The notes: generated by a model from the sequence alone, not told the origin. A stretch of DNA of 64,000 bases from the human T2T-CHM13v2.0 reference genome, Homo sapiens (GCF_009914755.1 NC_060936.1), one strand, 5' to 3'. Positions 27,473-43,600 are shown, counted from the first letter of the stretch. Numbers and translations are program-made.

Positions 27473-30400
27473 TCCCGTTTCCAACGAAGGCCTCAAAGAG
27501 GTCCAAATATCTGCTTGCAGACTTTACAGACAGAGTTTTTCCAAACTGGTCCATCAAAAGAAAGGTTAAACTCCTTGAGTTGAACACACACATCACAAAG
27601 TAGTTTCTGTGAATGATTCTGTCTAGTTTTTATACGAAGATGTTTCCTTTTCTACCTTTGGTCTCAAAGCGATTGAAATCTCCACATGGAAACTCCACAA
27701 AAAGAGTGTTTCAAATCTGCTCTTTCTGAAGGAAGGTTCAACTCTGTGAGTTGAATACACACACCACAAATAAGTTACTGAGAATTCTTCTGTGTAACAT
27801 TATATGAGGAAATCCCGTTTCCAACGAAGGCCTCAAAGAGGTCCAAATATCCACTTGCAGACTTTACAAAGACAGTGTCTCCAAACTCCTCCATCAAAAG
27901 AAAGGTTATACTCTGTGAATTGAACGCACACATCACAAAGTAGCTTCTGAGAATGATTCTGTCTAGTTTTTATACGAAGATATTTCCTTTTCTACATTTG
28001 GCCTAAAAGCGCTTGAAATCTCCACCTGCAAATATCACAAAAAGAGGGTTTCACATCTGCTCTGTCTAAAGGACAGTTCACCTCTGTGAGTTGAATAGAG
28101 GCAACACAAAGAACTTACTCAGTATTCTTCTTTCTAGCGTTCTATAAAGAAATCCCGTTTCCAACGAAGGCCTCAAAGAGGTCCAAATATCTGCTTGCAG
28201 ACTTTACAGACAGAGTGTTTTTAAACTGCTCCATCAAAAGAAAGGTTAAACTCCTTGAGTTGAACACACACATCAGAAAGTAGTTTCTGTGAATGATTCT
28301 GTCTAATTTTTATACGAAGATATTTCCTTTTCTACCTTTGGTCTCAAAGCGATTGAAATCTCCACATGGAAACTCCACAAAAAGAGTGTTTCAAATCTGC
28401 TCTCTCTGAAGGAAGGTTCAACTCTGTGAGTTGAAAACACACACCACAAATAAGTTACTGAGAATTCTTCTGTGTAACATTATATGAGGAAATCCCGTTT
28501 CCAACGAAGGCCTCAAAGAGGTCCAAATATCCACTTGCAGACTTTACAAAGACAGTGTCTCCAAACTCCTCCATCAAAAGAAAAGTTATACTCTGTGAAT
28601 TGAACGCACACATCACAAAGTAGTTTCTCAGAATGATTCTGTCTAGTTTTTATACGAAGATATTTCCTTTTCTACATTTGGCCTAAGAGCGCTTGAAATC
28701 TCCACCTGCAAATATCACAAAAAGAGGGTTTCACATCTGCTCTGTCTAAAGGACAGTTCACCTCTGTGAGTTGAATAGAGGCAACACAAAGAACTTACTC
28801 AGTATTCTTCTTTCTAGCGTTCTATGAAGAAATCCCTTTTCCAAAGAAGGCCTCAAAGAGGTCCAAATATCTGCTTGCAGACTTTACAGAGTGTTTCCAA
28901 ACTACTCTATGAAAAGAAAGCTTAAACTCCTTGAGTTGAACGCACACATCACAAAGTAGTTTCTGAGAATGATTCTGTCTAGTTTTTATACGAAGATGTT
29001 TCCTTTTCTACATTTCGTCTCAAAGCGATTGAAATCTCCAACTGGAAACTGCACAAATAGGGTGTTTCAAATCTGCTCTGTCTAAAGGAAGGTTCAACTC
29101 TGTGAGTTGAATACACACACCACAAATAAGTTACTGAGAATTCTTCTGTCGAACATTACATGAAGAAATCCCGTTTCCAACGAAGGCCTCAAAGAGGTCC
29201 AAATATCCACTTGCAGACATTACAAACAGTGTGTTTCCAAACTGCTCCATCAAAAGAAAGGTTAAAATCTGTGAGCTGAACACACACATCAAAAAGAAGT
29301 TTCTGTGAATGATTCTGTCTAGATTTTATAAGAAGATGTTTCCTTTTCTACTGTAGGCCTCAAAGCGCTTGAAATCTCCAGCTGCAAATTCCACAAAAAG
29401 GGTGTTTAACATCTGCTCTTCTAAAGGAAAGTTCAACTCTATTAGTTGAATACACACAGCACAAAGAAGTTACTGAGACTTCTCCTATCAAACATTATAT
29501 GAAGAAATCCCGTTTCCAACGAAGGCCTCAAAGAGGTCCAAATATCTGCTTGCAGACTTTACAGACAGAGTTTTTCCAAACTGCTCCATCAAAAGAAAGG
29601 TTAAACTCCTTGAGTTGAACACACACATCACAAAGTAGTTTCTGTGAATGATTCTGTCTAGTTTTTATACGAAGATGTTTCCTTTTCTACCTTTGGTCTC
29701 AAAGCGATTGAAATCTCCACATGGAAACTCCACAAAAAGAGTGTTTCATATCTGCTCTTTCTGAAGGAAGGTTCAACCCTGTGAGCTGAATACACACACC
29801 ACAAATAAGTTACTGAGAATTCTTCTGTGTAACATTATATGAGGAAATCCCGTTTCCAACGAAGGCCTCAAAGAGGTCCAAATATCCACTTGCAGACTTT
29901 ACAAAGACAGTGTCTCCAAACTCCTCCATCAAAAGAAAGGTTATACTCTGTGAATTGAACGCACACATCACAAAGTAGTTTCTGAGAATGATTCTGTCTA
30001 GTTTTTATACGAAGATATTTCCTTTTCTACATTTGGCCTAAAAGCGCTTGAAATCTCCACCTGCAAATATCACAAAAAGAGGGTTTCACATCTGCTCTGT
30101 CTAAAGGACACTTCACCTCTGTGAGTTGAATAGAGGCAACACAAAGAACTTACTCAGTATTCTTCTTTCTAGCGTTCTATGAAGAAATCCCTTTTCCAAC
30201 GAAGGCCTCAAAGAGGTCCAAATATCTGCTTGCAGACTTTACAGACAGAGTGTTTCCAAACTACTCTATGAAAAGAAAGCTTAAACTCCTTGAGTTGAAC
30301 GCACACATCACAAAGTAGTTTCTGAGAATGATTCTGTCTAGTTTTTATACGAAGATGTTTCCTTTTCTACATTTGGTCTCAAAGCGATTGAAATCTCCAA

Positions 30401-33400
30401 CTGGAATCTGCACAAATAGGGAGTTTCAAATCTGATCTGTCTAAAGGAAGGGTCAACTCTGTGAGTTGAATACACACACCACAAATAAGTTACTGAGAAT
30501 TCTTCTGTTGAACATTACATGAAGCAATCCCGTTTCCAACGAAGGCCTCAAAGAGGTCCTAATGTCCACTTGCAGACATTACAGAGTGTTTCCAAACTGC
30601 TCCATCAAAAGAAAGGGTAAACTCTGTGAGCTGAACACACACATCAAAAAGAAGTTTCTGTGAATGATTCTGTTTAGATTTTATAAGAAGATGTTTCCTT
30701 TTCTACCGTAGGCCTCAAAGCGCTTGAAATCTCCAGCTGCAAATTCCACAAAAAGGGTGTTTAACATCAGCTCTTCTAAAGGAAAGTTCAACTCTATGAG
30801 TTGAATACACACAGCACAAAGAAGTTACTGAGACTTCTCCTATCAAACATTATATGAAGAAATCCCGTTTCCAACGAAGGCCTCAAAGAGGTCCAAATAT
30901 CCACTTGCAGACATTACAAACAGTGTGTTTCCAAACTGCTCCATCAAAAGAAAGGTTAAACTCTGTGAGCTGAACACACACATCAAAAAGAATTTTCTGT
31001 GAATGATTCTGTCTAGATTTTATAAGAAGATGTTTCCTTTTCTAACGTAGGCCTCAAAGCGCTTGAAATCTCCAGCTGCAAATTCCACAAAAAGGGTGTT
31101 TAACATCAGCTCTTCTAAAGGAAAGTTCAACTGTATGAGTTGAATACACACAGCACAAAGAAGTTACTGAGACTTCTCCTATCAAACATTATATGAAGAA
31201 ATCCCGTTTCCAACGAAGGCCTCAAAGAGGTCCAAATATCTGCTTGCAGACTTTACAGACAGAGTGTTTTTAAACTGCTCCATCAAAAGAAAGGTTAAAC
31301 TCCTTGAGTTGAACACACACATCACAAAGTAGTTTCTGTGAATGATTCTGTCTAGTTTTTATACGAAGATGTTTCCTTTTCTACCTTTGGTCTCAAAGCG
31401 ATTGAAATCTCCACATGGAAACTCCACAAAAAGTGTGTTTCAAATCTGCTCTCTCTGAAGGAAGGTTCAACTCTGTGAGTTGAATACACACACCACAAAT
31501 AAGTTACTGAGAATTCTTCTGTGTAACATTATATGAGGAAATCCCGTTTCCAACGAAGGCCTCAAAGAGGTCCAAATATCCACTTGCAGACTTTACAAAG
31601 ACAGTGTCTCCAAACTCCTCCATCAAAAGAAAGGTTATACTCTGTGAATTGAACGCACACATCACAAAGTAGTTTCTGAGAATGATTCTGTCTAGTTTTT
31701 ATACGAAGATATTTCCTTTTCTAAATTTGGCCTAAAAGCGCTTGAAATCTCCACGTGCAAATATCACAAAAAGAGGGTTTCAGATCTGCTCTGTCAAAAG
31801 GACAGTTCACCTCTGTGAGTTGAATAGAGGCAACACAAAGAACTTACTCAGTATTCTTCTTTCTAGCGTTCTATGAAGAAATCCCGTTTCCAACGAAGGC
31901 CTCAAAGAGGTCCAAATATCTGCTTGCAGACTTTACAGACAGAGTGTTTTTAAACTGCTCCATCAATAGAAAGGTTAAACTCCTTGAGTTGAACACACAC
32001 ATCACAAAGTAGTTTCTGTGAATGATTCTGTCTAGTTTTTATACGAAGATGTTTCCTTTTCTACCTTTGGTCTCAAAGCTATTGAAATCTCCACATGGAA
32101 ACTCCACAAAAAGAGTGTTTCAAATCTGCTCTCTCTGAAGGAAGGTTCAACTCTGTGAGTTGAATACACACACCACAAATAAGTTACTGAGAATTCTTCT
32201 GTGTAACATTATATGAGGAAATCCCGTTTCCAACGAAGGCCTCAAAGAGGTCCAAATATCCACTTGGAGACATTACAAACAGTGTGTTTCCAAACTGCTC
32301 CATCAAAAGAAAGGTTAAACTCTGTGAGCTGAACACACACATCAAAAAGAAGTTTCTGTGAATGATTCTGTCTAGATTTTATAAGAAGATGTTTCCTTTT
32401 CTACCGTAGGCCTCAAAGCGCTTGAAATCTCCAGCTGCAAATTCACCAAAAAGGGTGTTTAACATCTGCTCTTCTAAAGCAAAGTTCAACTCTATGAGTT
32501 GAATACACACAGCACAAAGAAGTTACTGAGACTTCTCCTATCAAACATCATATGAAGAAATCCCGTTTCCAACGAAGGCCTCAAAGAGGTCCAAATATCT
32601 GCTTGCAGACTTTACAGACAGAGTGTTTCCAAACTGCTCCATCAAAAGAAAGGTTAAACTCCTTGAGTTGAACACACACATCACAAAGTAGTTTCTGTGA
32701 ATGATTCTGTCTAGTTTTTATACGAAGATGTTTCCTTTTCTACCTTTGGTCTCAAAGCGATTGAAATCTCCACATGGAAACTCCACAAAAAGAGTGTTTC
32801 ATATCTGCTCTTTCTGAAGGAAGGTTCAACTCTGTGAGTTGAATACACACACCACAAATAAGTTACTGAGAATTCTTCTGTGTAACATTATATGAGGAAA
32901 TCCCCTTTCCAACGAAGGCCACAAAGAGGTCCAAATATCCACTTGCAGACTTTACAAAGACAGTGTCTCCAAACTCGTCCATCAAAAGAAAGGTTATACT
33001 CTGTGAATTGAACGCACACATCACAAAGTAGTTTCTGAGAATGATTCTGTCTAGTTTTTATACGAAGATATTTCCTTTTCTACATTTGGCCTAAGAGCGC
33101 TTGAAATCTCCACCTGCAAATATCACAAAAAGAGGGTTTCACATCTGCTCTGTCTAAAGGACAGTTCACCTCTGTGAGTTGAATAGAGGCAACACAAAGA
33201 ACTTACTCAGTATTCTTCTTTCTAGCGTTCTATGAAGAAATCCCTTTTCCAAAGAAGGCCTCAAAGAGGTCCAAATATCTGCTTGCAGACTTTACAGAGT
33301 GTTTCCAAACTACTCTATGAAAAGAAAGCTTAAACTCCTTGAGTTGAACGCACACATCACAAAGTAGTTTCTGAGAATGATTCTGTCTAGTTTTTATACG

Positions 33401-36400
33401 AAGATGTTTCCTTTTCTACATTTCGTCTCAAAGCGATTGAAATCTCCAACTGGAAACTGCACAAATAGGGTGTTTCAAATCTGCTCTGTCTAAAGGAAGG
33501 TTCAACTCTGTGAGTTGAATACACACACCACAAATAAGTTACTGAGAATTCTTCTGTCGAACATTACATGAAGAAATCCCGTTTCCAACGAAGGCCTCAA
33601 AGAGGTCCAAATATCCACTTGCAGACATTACAAACAGTGTGTTTCCAAACTGCTCCATCAAAAGAAAGGTTAAACTCTGTGAGCTGAACACACACATCAA
33701 AAAGAAGTTTCTGTGAATGATTCTGTCTAGATTTTATAAGAAGATGTTTCCTTTTCTACCGTAGGCCTCAAAGCGCTTGAAATCTCCAGCTGCAAATTCC
33801 ACAAAAAGGGTGTTTAACATCTGCTCTTCTAAAGGAAAGTTCAACTCTATGAGTTGAATACACACAGCACAAAGAAGTTACTGAGACTTCTCCTATCAAA
33901 CATTATATGAAGAAATCCCGTTTCCAACGAAGGCCTCAAAGAGGTCCAAATATCTGCTTGCAGACTTTACAGACAGAGTTTTTCCAAACTGCTCCATCAA
34001 AAGAAAGGTTAAACTCCTTGAGTTGAACACACACATCACAAAGTAGTTTCTGTGAATGATTCTGTCTAGTTTTTATACGAAGATGTTTCCTTTTCTACCT
34101 TTGGTCTCAAAGCGATTGAAATCTCCACATGGAAACCCAACAAAAAGAGTGTTTCAAATCTGCTCTTTCTGAAGGAAGGTTCAACCCTGTGAGTTGAATA
34201 CACACACCACAAATAAGTTACTGAGAATTCTTCTGTGTAACATTATATGAGGAAATCCCGTTTCCAACGAAGGCCTCAAAGAGGTCCAAATATCCACTTG
34301 CAGACTTTACAAAGACAGTGTCTCCAAACTCCTCCATCAAAAGAAAGGTTATACTCTGTGAATTGAACGCACACATCACAAAGTAGTTTCTGAGAATGAT
34401 TCTCTCTAGTTTTTATACAAAGATATTTCCTTTTCTACATTTGGCCTAAAAGCGCTTGAAATCTCCACCTGCAAATATCACAAAAAGAGGGTTTCACATC
34501 TGCTCTGTCTAAAGGACAGTTCACCTCTGTGAGTTGAATAGAGGCAACACAAAGAACTTACTCAGTATTCTTCTTTCTAGCGTTCTATGAAGAAATCCCG
34601 TTTCCAACGAAGGCCTCAAGGAGGTCCAAATATCTGCTTGCAGACTTTACAGAGTGTTTCCAAACTACTCTATGAAAAGAAAGCTTAAACTCCTTGAGTT
34701 GAACGCACACATCACAAAGTAGTTTCTGAGAATGATTCTGTCTAGTTTTTATACGAAGATGTTTCCTTTTCTACATTTGGTCTCAAAGCGATTGAAATCT
34801 CCAACTGGAAACTGCACAAATAGGGTGTTTCAAATCTGCTCTGTCTAAAGGAAGGTTCAACCCTGTGAGTTGAATACACACACCACAAATAAGTTACTGA
34901 AAATTCTTCTGTCGAACATTACATGAAGAAATCCCGTTTCCAACGAAGGCCTCAAAGAGGTCCAAATATCCACTTGCAGACATTACAGAGTGTTTCCAAA
35001 CTGCTCCATCAAAAGAAAGGTTAAACTCTGTGAGCTGAACACACACATCAAAAAGAAGTTTCTGTGAATGATTCTGTCTAGATTTTATAAGAAGATGTTT
35101 CCTTTTCTACCGTAGGCCTCAAAGCGCTTGAAATCTCCAGCTGCAAATTCCACAAAAAGGGTGTTTAACATCTGCTCTTCTAAAGCAAAGTTCAACTCTA
35201 TGAGTTGAATACACACAGCACAAAGAAGTTACTGAGACTTCTCCTATCAAACATCACATGAAGAAATCCCGTTTCCAACGAAGGCCTCAAAGAGGTCCAA
35301 ATATCTGCTTGCAGACTTTACAGACAGAGTGTTTCCAAACTGCTCCATCAAAAGAAAGGTTAAACTCCTTGAGTTGAACACACACATCACAAAGTAGTTT
35401 CTGTGAATGATTCTGTCTAGTTTTTATACGAAGATGTTTCCTTTTCTACCTTTGGTCTCAAAGCGATTGAAATCTCCACATGGAAACTCCACAAAAAGAG
35501 TGTTTCATATCTGCTCTTTCTGAAGGAAGGTTCAACTCTGTGAGTTGAATACACACACCACAAATAAGTTACTGAGAATTCTTCTGTGTAACATTATATG
35601 AGGAAATCCCGTTTCCAACGAAGGCCACAAAGAGGTCCAAATATCCACTTGCAGACTTTACAAAGACAGTGTCTCCAAACTCGTCCATCAAAAGAAAGGT
35701 TATACTCTGTGAATTGAACGCACACATCACAAAGTAGTTTCTGAGAATGATTCTGTCTAGTTTTTATACGAAGATATTTCCTTTTCTACATTTGGCCTAA
35801 AAGCGCTTGAAATCTCCACCTGCAAATATCCCAAAAAGAGGGTTTCACATCTGCTCTGTCTAAAGGACAGTTCACCTCTGTGAGTTGAATAGAGGCAACA
35901 CAAAGAACTTACTCAGTATTCTTCTTTCTACCGTTCTATGAAGAAATCCCTTTTCCAACGAAGGCCTCAAAGAGGTCCAAATATCTGCTTGCAGACTTTA
36001 CAGACAGAGTGTTTCCAAACTACTCTATGAAAAGAAAGCTTAAACTCCTTGAGTTGAATGCACACATCACAAAGTAGTTTCTGAGAATGATTCTGTCTAA
36101 TTTTTATACGAAGATGTTTCCTTTTCTACATTTGGTCTTAAAGCGATTGAAATCTCCAACTGGAAACTGCACAAATAGGGTGTTTGAAATCTGCTCTGTC
36201 TAAAGGAAGGTTCAACTCTGTGAGTTGAATACACACACCACAAATAAGGTACTGAGAATTCTTCTGTCGAACATTACATGAAGAAATCCCGTTTCCAACG
36301 AAGGCCTCAAAGAGGTCCAAATATCCACTTGGAGACATTACAAACAGTGTGTTTCCAAACTGCTCCATCAAAAGAAAGGTTAAACTCTGTGAGCTGAACA

Positions 36401-39400
36401 CACACATCAAAAAGAAGTTTCTGTGAATGATTCTGTCTAGATTTTATAAGAAGATGTTTCCTTTTCTACCGTAGGCCTCAAAGCGCTTGAAATCTCCAGC
36501 TGCAAATTCCACAAAAAGGGTGTTTAACATCTGCTCTTCTAAAGGAAAGTTCAACTCTATGAGTTGAATACACACAGCACAAAGAAGTTACTGAGACTTC
36601 TCCTATCAAACATTATATGAAGAAATCCCGTTTCCAACGAAGGCCTCAAAGAGGTCCAAATATCTGCTTGCAGACTTTACAGACAGAGTTTTTCCAAACT
36701 GCTCCATCAAAAGAAAGGTTAAACTCCTTGAGTTGAACACACACATCACAAAGTAGTTTCTGTGAATGATTCTGTCTAGTTTTTATACGAAGATGTTTCC
36801 TTTTCTACCTTTGGTCTCAAAGCGATTGAAATCTCCACATGGAAACTCCACAAAAAGAGTGTTTCAAATCTGCTCTTTCTGAAGGAAGGTTCAACTCTGT
36901 GAGTTGAATACACACACCACAAATAAGTTACTGAGAATTCTTCTGTGTAACATTATATGAGGAAATCCCGTTTCCAACGAAGGCCTCAAAGAGGTCCAAA
37001 TATCCACTTGCAGACTTTACAAAGACAGTGTCTCCAAACTCCTCCATCAAAAGAAAGGTTATACTCTGTGAATTGAACGCACACATCACAAAGTAGTTTC
37101 TGAGAATGATTCTGTCTAGTTTTTATACGAAGATATTTCCTTTTCTACATTTGGCCTAAAAGCGCTTGAAATCTCCACCTGCAAATATCACAAAAAGAGG
37201 GTTTCACATCTGCTCTGTCTAAAGGACAGTTCACCTCTGTGAGTTGAATAGAGGCAACACAAAGAACTTACTCAGTATTCTTCTTTCTAGCGTTCTATGA
37301 AGAAATCCCGTTTCCAACGAAGGCCTCAAAGAGGTCCAAATATCTGCTTGCAGACTTTACAGACAGAGTGTTTTTAAACTGCTCCATCAAAAGAAAGGTT
37401 AAACTCCTTGAGTTGAACACACACATCACAAAGTAGTTTCTGAGAATGATTCTGTCTAGTTTTTATACGAAGATATTTCCTTTTCTACATTTGGCCTAAA
37501 AGCGCTTGAAATCTCCACCTGCAAATATCACAAAAAGAGGGTTTCACATCTGCTCTGTCTAAAGGACAGTTCACCTCTGTGAGTTGAATAGAGGCAACAC
37601 AAAGAACTTACTCAGTATTCTTCTTTCTAGCGTTCTATGAAGAAATCCCGTTTCCAACGAAGGCCTCAAAGAGGTCCAAATATCTGCTTGCAGACTTTAC
37701 AGACAGAGTGTTTTTAAACTGCTCCATCAAAAGAAAGGTTAAACTCCTTGAGTTGAACACACACATCACAAAGTAGTTTCTGTGAATGATTCTGTCTAGT
37801 TTTTATACGAAGATATTTCCTTTTCTACCTTTGGTCTCAAAGCGATTGAAATCTCCACATGGAAACTCCACAAAAAGAGTGTTTCAAATCTGCTCTCTCT
37901 GAAGGAAGGTTCAACTCTGTGAGTTGAAAACACACACCACAAATAAGTTACTGAGAATTCTTCTGTGTAACATTATATGAGGAAATCCCGTTTCCAACGA
38001 AGGCCTCTAAGAGGTCCAAATATCCACTTGCAGACTTTACAAAGACAGTGTCTCCAAACTCCTCCATCAAAAGAAAGGTTATACTCTGTGAATTGAACGC
38101 ACACATCACAAAGTAGTTTCTCAGAATGATTCTGTCTAGTTTTTATACGAAGATATTTCCTTTTCTACATTTGGCCTAAGAGCGCTTGAAATCTCCACCT
38201 GCAAATATCACAAAAAGAGGGTTTCACATCTGCTCTGTCTAAAGGACAGTTCACCTCTGTGAGTTGAATAGAGGCAACACAAAGAACTTACTCAGTATTC
38301 TTCTTTCTAGCGTTATATGAAGAAATCCCTTTTCCAAAGAAGGCCTCAAAGAGGTCCAAATATCTGCTTGCAGACTTTACAGAGTGTTTCCAAACTACTC
38401 TATGAAAAGAAAGCTTAAACTCCTTGAGTTGAACGCACACATCACAAAGTAGTTTCTGAGAATGATTCTGTCTAGTTTTTATACGAAGATGTTTCCTTTT
38501 CTACATTTCGTCTCAAAGCGATTGAAATCTCCAACTGGAAACTGCACAAATAGGGTGTTTCAAATCTGCTCTGTCTAAAGGAAGGTTCAACTCTGTGAGT
38601 TGAATACACACACCACAAATAAGTTACTGAGAATTCTTCTGTCGAACATTACATGAAGAAATCCCGTTTCCAACGAAGGCCTCAAAGAGGTCCAAATATC
38701 CACTTGCAGACATTACAAACAGTGTGTTTCCAAACTGCTCCATCAAAAGAAAGGTTAAACTCTGTGAGCTGAACACACACATCAAAAAGAAGTTTCTGTG
38801 AATGATTCTGTCTAGATTTTATAAGAAGATGTTTCCTTTTCTACCGTAGGCCTCAAAGCGCTTGAAATCTCCAGCTGCAAATTCCACAAAAAGGGTGTTT
38901 AACATCTGCTCTTCTAAAGGAAAGTTCAACTCTATGAGTTGAATACACACAGCACAAAGAAGTTACTGAGACTTCTCCTATCAAACATTATATGAAGAAA
39001 TCCCGTTTCCAACGAAGGCCTCAAAGAGGTCCAAATATCTGCTTGCAGACTTTACAGACAGAGTTTTTCCAAACTGCTCCATCAAAAGAAAGGTTAAACT
39101 CCTTGAGTTGAACACACACATCACAAAGTAGTTTCTGTGAATGATTCTGTCTAGTTTTTATACGAAGATGTTTCCTTTTCTACCTTTGGTCTCAAAGCGA
39201 TTGAAATCTCCACATGGAAACTCCACAAAAAGAGTGTTTCAAATCTGCTCTTTCTGAAGGAAGGTTCAACCCTGTGAGTTGAATACACACACCACAAATA
39301 AGTTACTGAGAATTCTTCTGTGTAACATTATATGAGGAAATCCCGTTTCCAACGAAGGCCTCAAAGAGGTCCAAATATCCACTTGCAGACTTTACAAAGA

Positions 39401-40690
39401 CAGTGTCTCCAAACTCCTCCATCAAAAGAAAGGTTATACTCTGTGAATTGAATGCACACATCACAAAGTAGTTTCTGAGAATGATTCTGTCTAGTTTTTA
39501 TACAAAGATATTTCCTTTTCTACATTTGGCCTAAAAGCGCTTGAAATCTCCACCTGCAAATATCACAAAAAGAGGGTTTCACATCTGCTCTGTCTAAAGG
39601 ACAGTTCACCTCTGTGAGTTGAATAGAGGCAACACAAAGAACTTACTCAGTATTCTTCTTTCTAGCGTTCTATGAAGAAATCCCGTTTCCAACGAAGGCC
39701 TCAAAGAGGTCCAAATATCTGCTTGCAGACCTTACAGAGTGTTTCCAAACTACTCTATGAAAAGAAAGCTTAAACTCCTTGAGTTGAACGCACACATCAC
39801 AAAGTAGTTTCTGAGAATTATTCTGTCTAGTTTTTATACGAAGATGTTTCCTTTTCTACATTTGGTCTCAAAGCGATTGAAATCTCCAACTGGAAACTGC
39901 ACAAATAGGGTGTTTGAAATCTGCTCTGTCTAAAGGAAGGTTCAACCCTGTGAGTTGAATACACACACCACAAATAAGTTACTGAGAATTCTTCTGTCGA
40001 ACATTACATGAAGAAATCCCGTTTCCAACGAAGGCCTCAAAGAGGTCCAAATATCCACTTGCAGACATTACAGAGTGTTTCCAAACTGCTCCATCAAAAG
40101 AAAGGTTAAACTCTGTGAGCTGAACACACACATCAAAAAGAAGTTTCTGTGAATGTTTCTGTCTAGATTTTATAAGAAGATGTTTCCTTTTCTACCGTAG
40201 GCCTCAAAGCGCTTGAAATCTCCAGCTGCAAATTCCACAAAAAGGGTGTTTAACATCTGCTCTTCTAAAGCAAAGTTCAACTCTATGAGTTGAATACACA
40301 CAGCACAAAGAAGTTACTGAGACTTCTCCTATCAAACATCATATGAAGAAATCCCGTTTCCAACGAAGGCCTCAAAGAGGTCCAAATATCTGCTTGCAGA
40401 CTTTACAGACAGAGTGTTTCCAAACTGCTCCATCAAAAGAAAGGTTAAACTCCTTGAGTTGAACACACACATCACAAAGTAGTTTCTGTGAATGATTCTG
40501 TCTAGTTTTTATACGAAGATGTTTCCTTTTCTACTTTTGGTCTCAAAGCGATTGAAATCTCCACATGGAAACTCCACAAAAAGAGTGTTTCATATCTGCT
40601 CTTTCTGAAGGAAGGTTCAACTCTGTGAGTTGAATACACACACCACAAATAAGTTACTGAGAATTCTTCTGTGTAACATTATATGAGGAA
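27473..40690. repeat. Copy 2 of the large intra-array duplication
   Basis: Shared markers: aactggtcc (7201/27544), tagcttctg (c at 7601/27944), cctaatgtcc, catcagctc, catcaataga, aaagctatt, ttcaccaaaa, aaacccaac and the hybrid dimer (18314/37306). Confidence 0.88.
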
Positions 40691-43600
40691 ATCCCGTTTC
40701 CAACGAAGGCCACAAAGAGGTCCAAATATCCACTTGCAGACTTTACAAAGACAGTGTCTCCAAACTCGTCCATCAAAAGAAAGGTTATACTCTGTGAATT
40801 GAACGCACACATCACAAAGTAGTTTCTGAGAATGATTCTGTCTAGTTTTTATACGAAGATATTTCCTTTTCTACATTTGGCCTAAAAGCGCTTGAAATCT
40901 CCACCTGCAAATATCCCAAAAAGAGGGTTTCACATCTGCTCTGTCTAAAGGACAGTTCACCTCTGTGAGTTGAATAGAGGCAACACAAAGAACTTACTCA
41001 GTATTCTTCTTTCTAGCGTTCTATGAAGAAATCCCTTTTCCAACGAAGGCCTCAAAGAGGTCCAAATATCTGCTTGCAGACTTTACAGACAGAGTGTTTC
41101 CAAACTACTCTATGAAAAGAAAGCTTAAACTCCTTGAGTTGAATTCACACATCACAAAGTAGTTTCTGAGAATGATTCTGTCTAATTTTTATACGAAGAT
41201 GTTTCCTTTTCTACATTTGGTCTCAAAGCGATTGAAATCTCCAACTGGAAACTGCACAAATAGGGTGTTTGAAATCTGCTCTGTCTAAAGGAAGGTTCAA
41301 CTCTGTGAGTTGAATACACACAAAACAAATAAGGTACTGAGAATTCTTCTGTCGAACATTACATGAAGAAATCCCGTTTCCAACGAAGGCCTCAAAGAGG
41401 TCCAAATATCCACTTGGAGACATTACAAACAGTGTGTTTCCAAACTGCTCCATCAAAAGAAAGGTTAAACTCTGTGAGCTGAACACACACATCAAAAAGA
41501 AGTTTCTGTGAATGATTCTGTCTAGATTTTATCAGAAGATGTTTCCTTTTCTACCGTAGGCCTCAAAGCGCTTGAAATCTCCAGCTGCAAATTCCACAAA
41601 AAGGGTGTTTAACATCTGCTCTTCTAAAGGAAAGTTCAACTCTATGAGTTGAATACACACAGCACAAAGAAGTTACTGAGACTTCTCCTATCAAACATTA
41701 TATGAAGAAATCCCGTTTCCAACGAAGGCCTCAAAGAGGTCCAAATATCTGCTTGCAGACTTTACAGACAGAGTGTTTCCAAACTGCTCCATCAAAAGAA
41801 AGGTTAAACTCCTTGAGTTGAACACACACATCACAAAGTAGTTTCTGTGAATGATTCTGTCTAGTTTTTATACGAAGATGTTTCCTTTTCTACCTTTGGT
41901 CTCAAAGCGATTGAAATCTCCACATGGAAACTCCACAAAAAGAGTGTTTCAAATCTGCTCTTTCTGAAGGAAGGTTCAACTCTGTGAGTTGAATACACAC
42001 ACCACAAATAAGTTACTGAGAATTCTTCTGTGTAACATTATATGAGGAAATCCCGTTTCCAACGAAGGCCTCAAAGAGGTCCAAATATCCACTTGCAGAC
42101 TTTACAAAGACAGTGTCTCCAAACTCCTCCATCAAAAGAAAGGTTATACTCTGTGAATTGAACGCACACATCACAAAGTAGTTTCTGAGAATGATTCTGT
42201 CTAGTTTTTATACGAAGATATTTCCTTTTCTACATTTGGCCTAAAAGCGCTTGAAATCTCCACCTGCAAATATCACAAAAAGAGGGTTTCACATCTGCTC
42301 TGTCTAAAGGACAGTTCACCTCTGTGAGTTGAATAGAGGCAACACAAAGAACTTACTCAGTATTCTTCTTTCTAGCGTTCTATGAAGAAATCCCGTTTCC
42401 AACGAAGGCCTCAAAGAGGTCCAAATATCTGCTTGCAGACTTTACAGACAGAGTGTTTTTAAACTGCTCCATCAAAAGAAAGGTTAAACTCCTTGAGTTG
42501 AACACACACATCACAAAGTAGTTTCTGTGAATGATTCTGTCTAATTTTTATACGAAGATATTTCCTTTTCTACCTTTGGTCTCAAAGCGATTGAAATCTC
42601 CACATGGAAACTCCACAAAAAGAGTGTTTCAAATCTGCTCTCTCTGAAGGAAGGTTCAACTCTGTGAGTTGAAAACACACACCACAAATAAGTTACTGAG
42701 AATTCTTCTGTGTAACATTATATGAGGAAATCCCGTTTCCAACGAAGGCCTCAAAGAGGTCCAAATATCCACTTGCAGACTTTACAAAGACAGTGTCTCC
42801 AAACTCCTCCATCAAAAGAAAGGTTATACTCTGTGAATTGAACGCACACATCACAAAGTAGTTTCTCAGAATGATTCTGTCTAGTTTTTATACGAAGATA
42901 TTTCCTTTTCTACATTTGGCCTAAGAGCGCTTGAAATCTCCACCTGCAAATATCACAAAAAGAGGGTTTCACATCTGCTCTGTCTAAAGGACAGTTCACC
43001 TCTGTGAGTTGAATAGAGGCAACACAAAGAACTTACTCAGTATTCTTCTTTCTAGCGTTCTATGAAGAAATCCCTTTTCCAAAGAAGGCCTCAAAGAGGT
43101 CCAAATATCTGCTTGCAGACTTTACAGAGTGTTTCCAAACTACTCTATGAAAAGAAAGCTTAAACTCCTTGAGTTGAACGCACACATCACAAAGTAGTTT
43201 CTGAGAATGATTCTGTCTAGTTTTTATACGAAGATGTTTCCTTTTCTACATTTCGTCTCAAAGCGATTGAAATCTCCAACTGGAAACTGCACAAATAGGG
43301 TGTTTCAAATCTGCTCTGTCTAAAGGAAGGTTCAACTCTGTGAGTTGAATACACACACCACAAATAAGTTACTGAGAATTCTTCTGTCGAACATTACATG
43401 AAGAAATCCCGTTTCCAACGAAGGCCTCAAAGAGGTCCAAATATCCACTTGCAGACATTACAAACAGTGTGTTTCCAAACTGCTCCATCAAAAGAAAGGT
43501 TAAACTCTGTGAGCTGAACACACACATCAAAAAGAAGTTTCTGTGAATGATTCTGTCTAGATTTTATAAGAAGATGTTTCCTTTTCTACCGTAGGCCTCA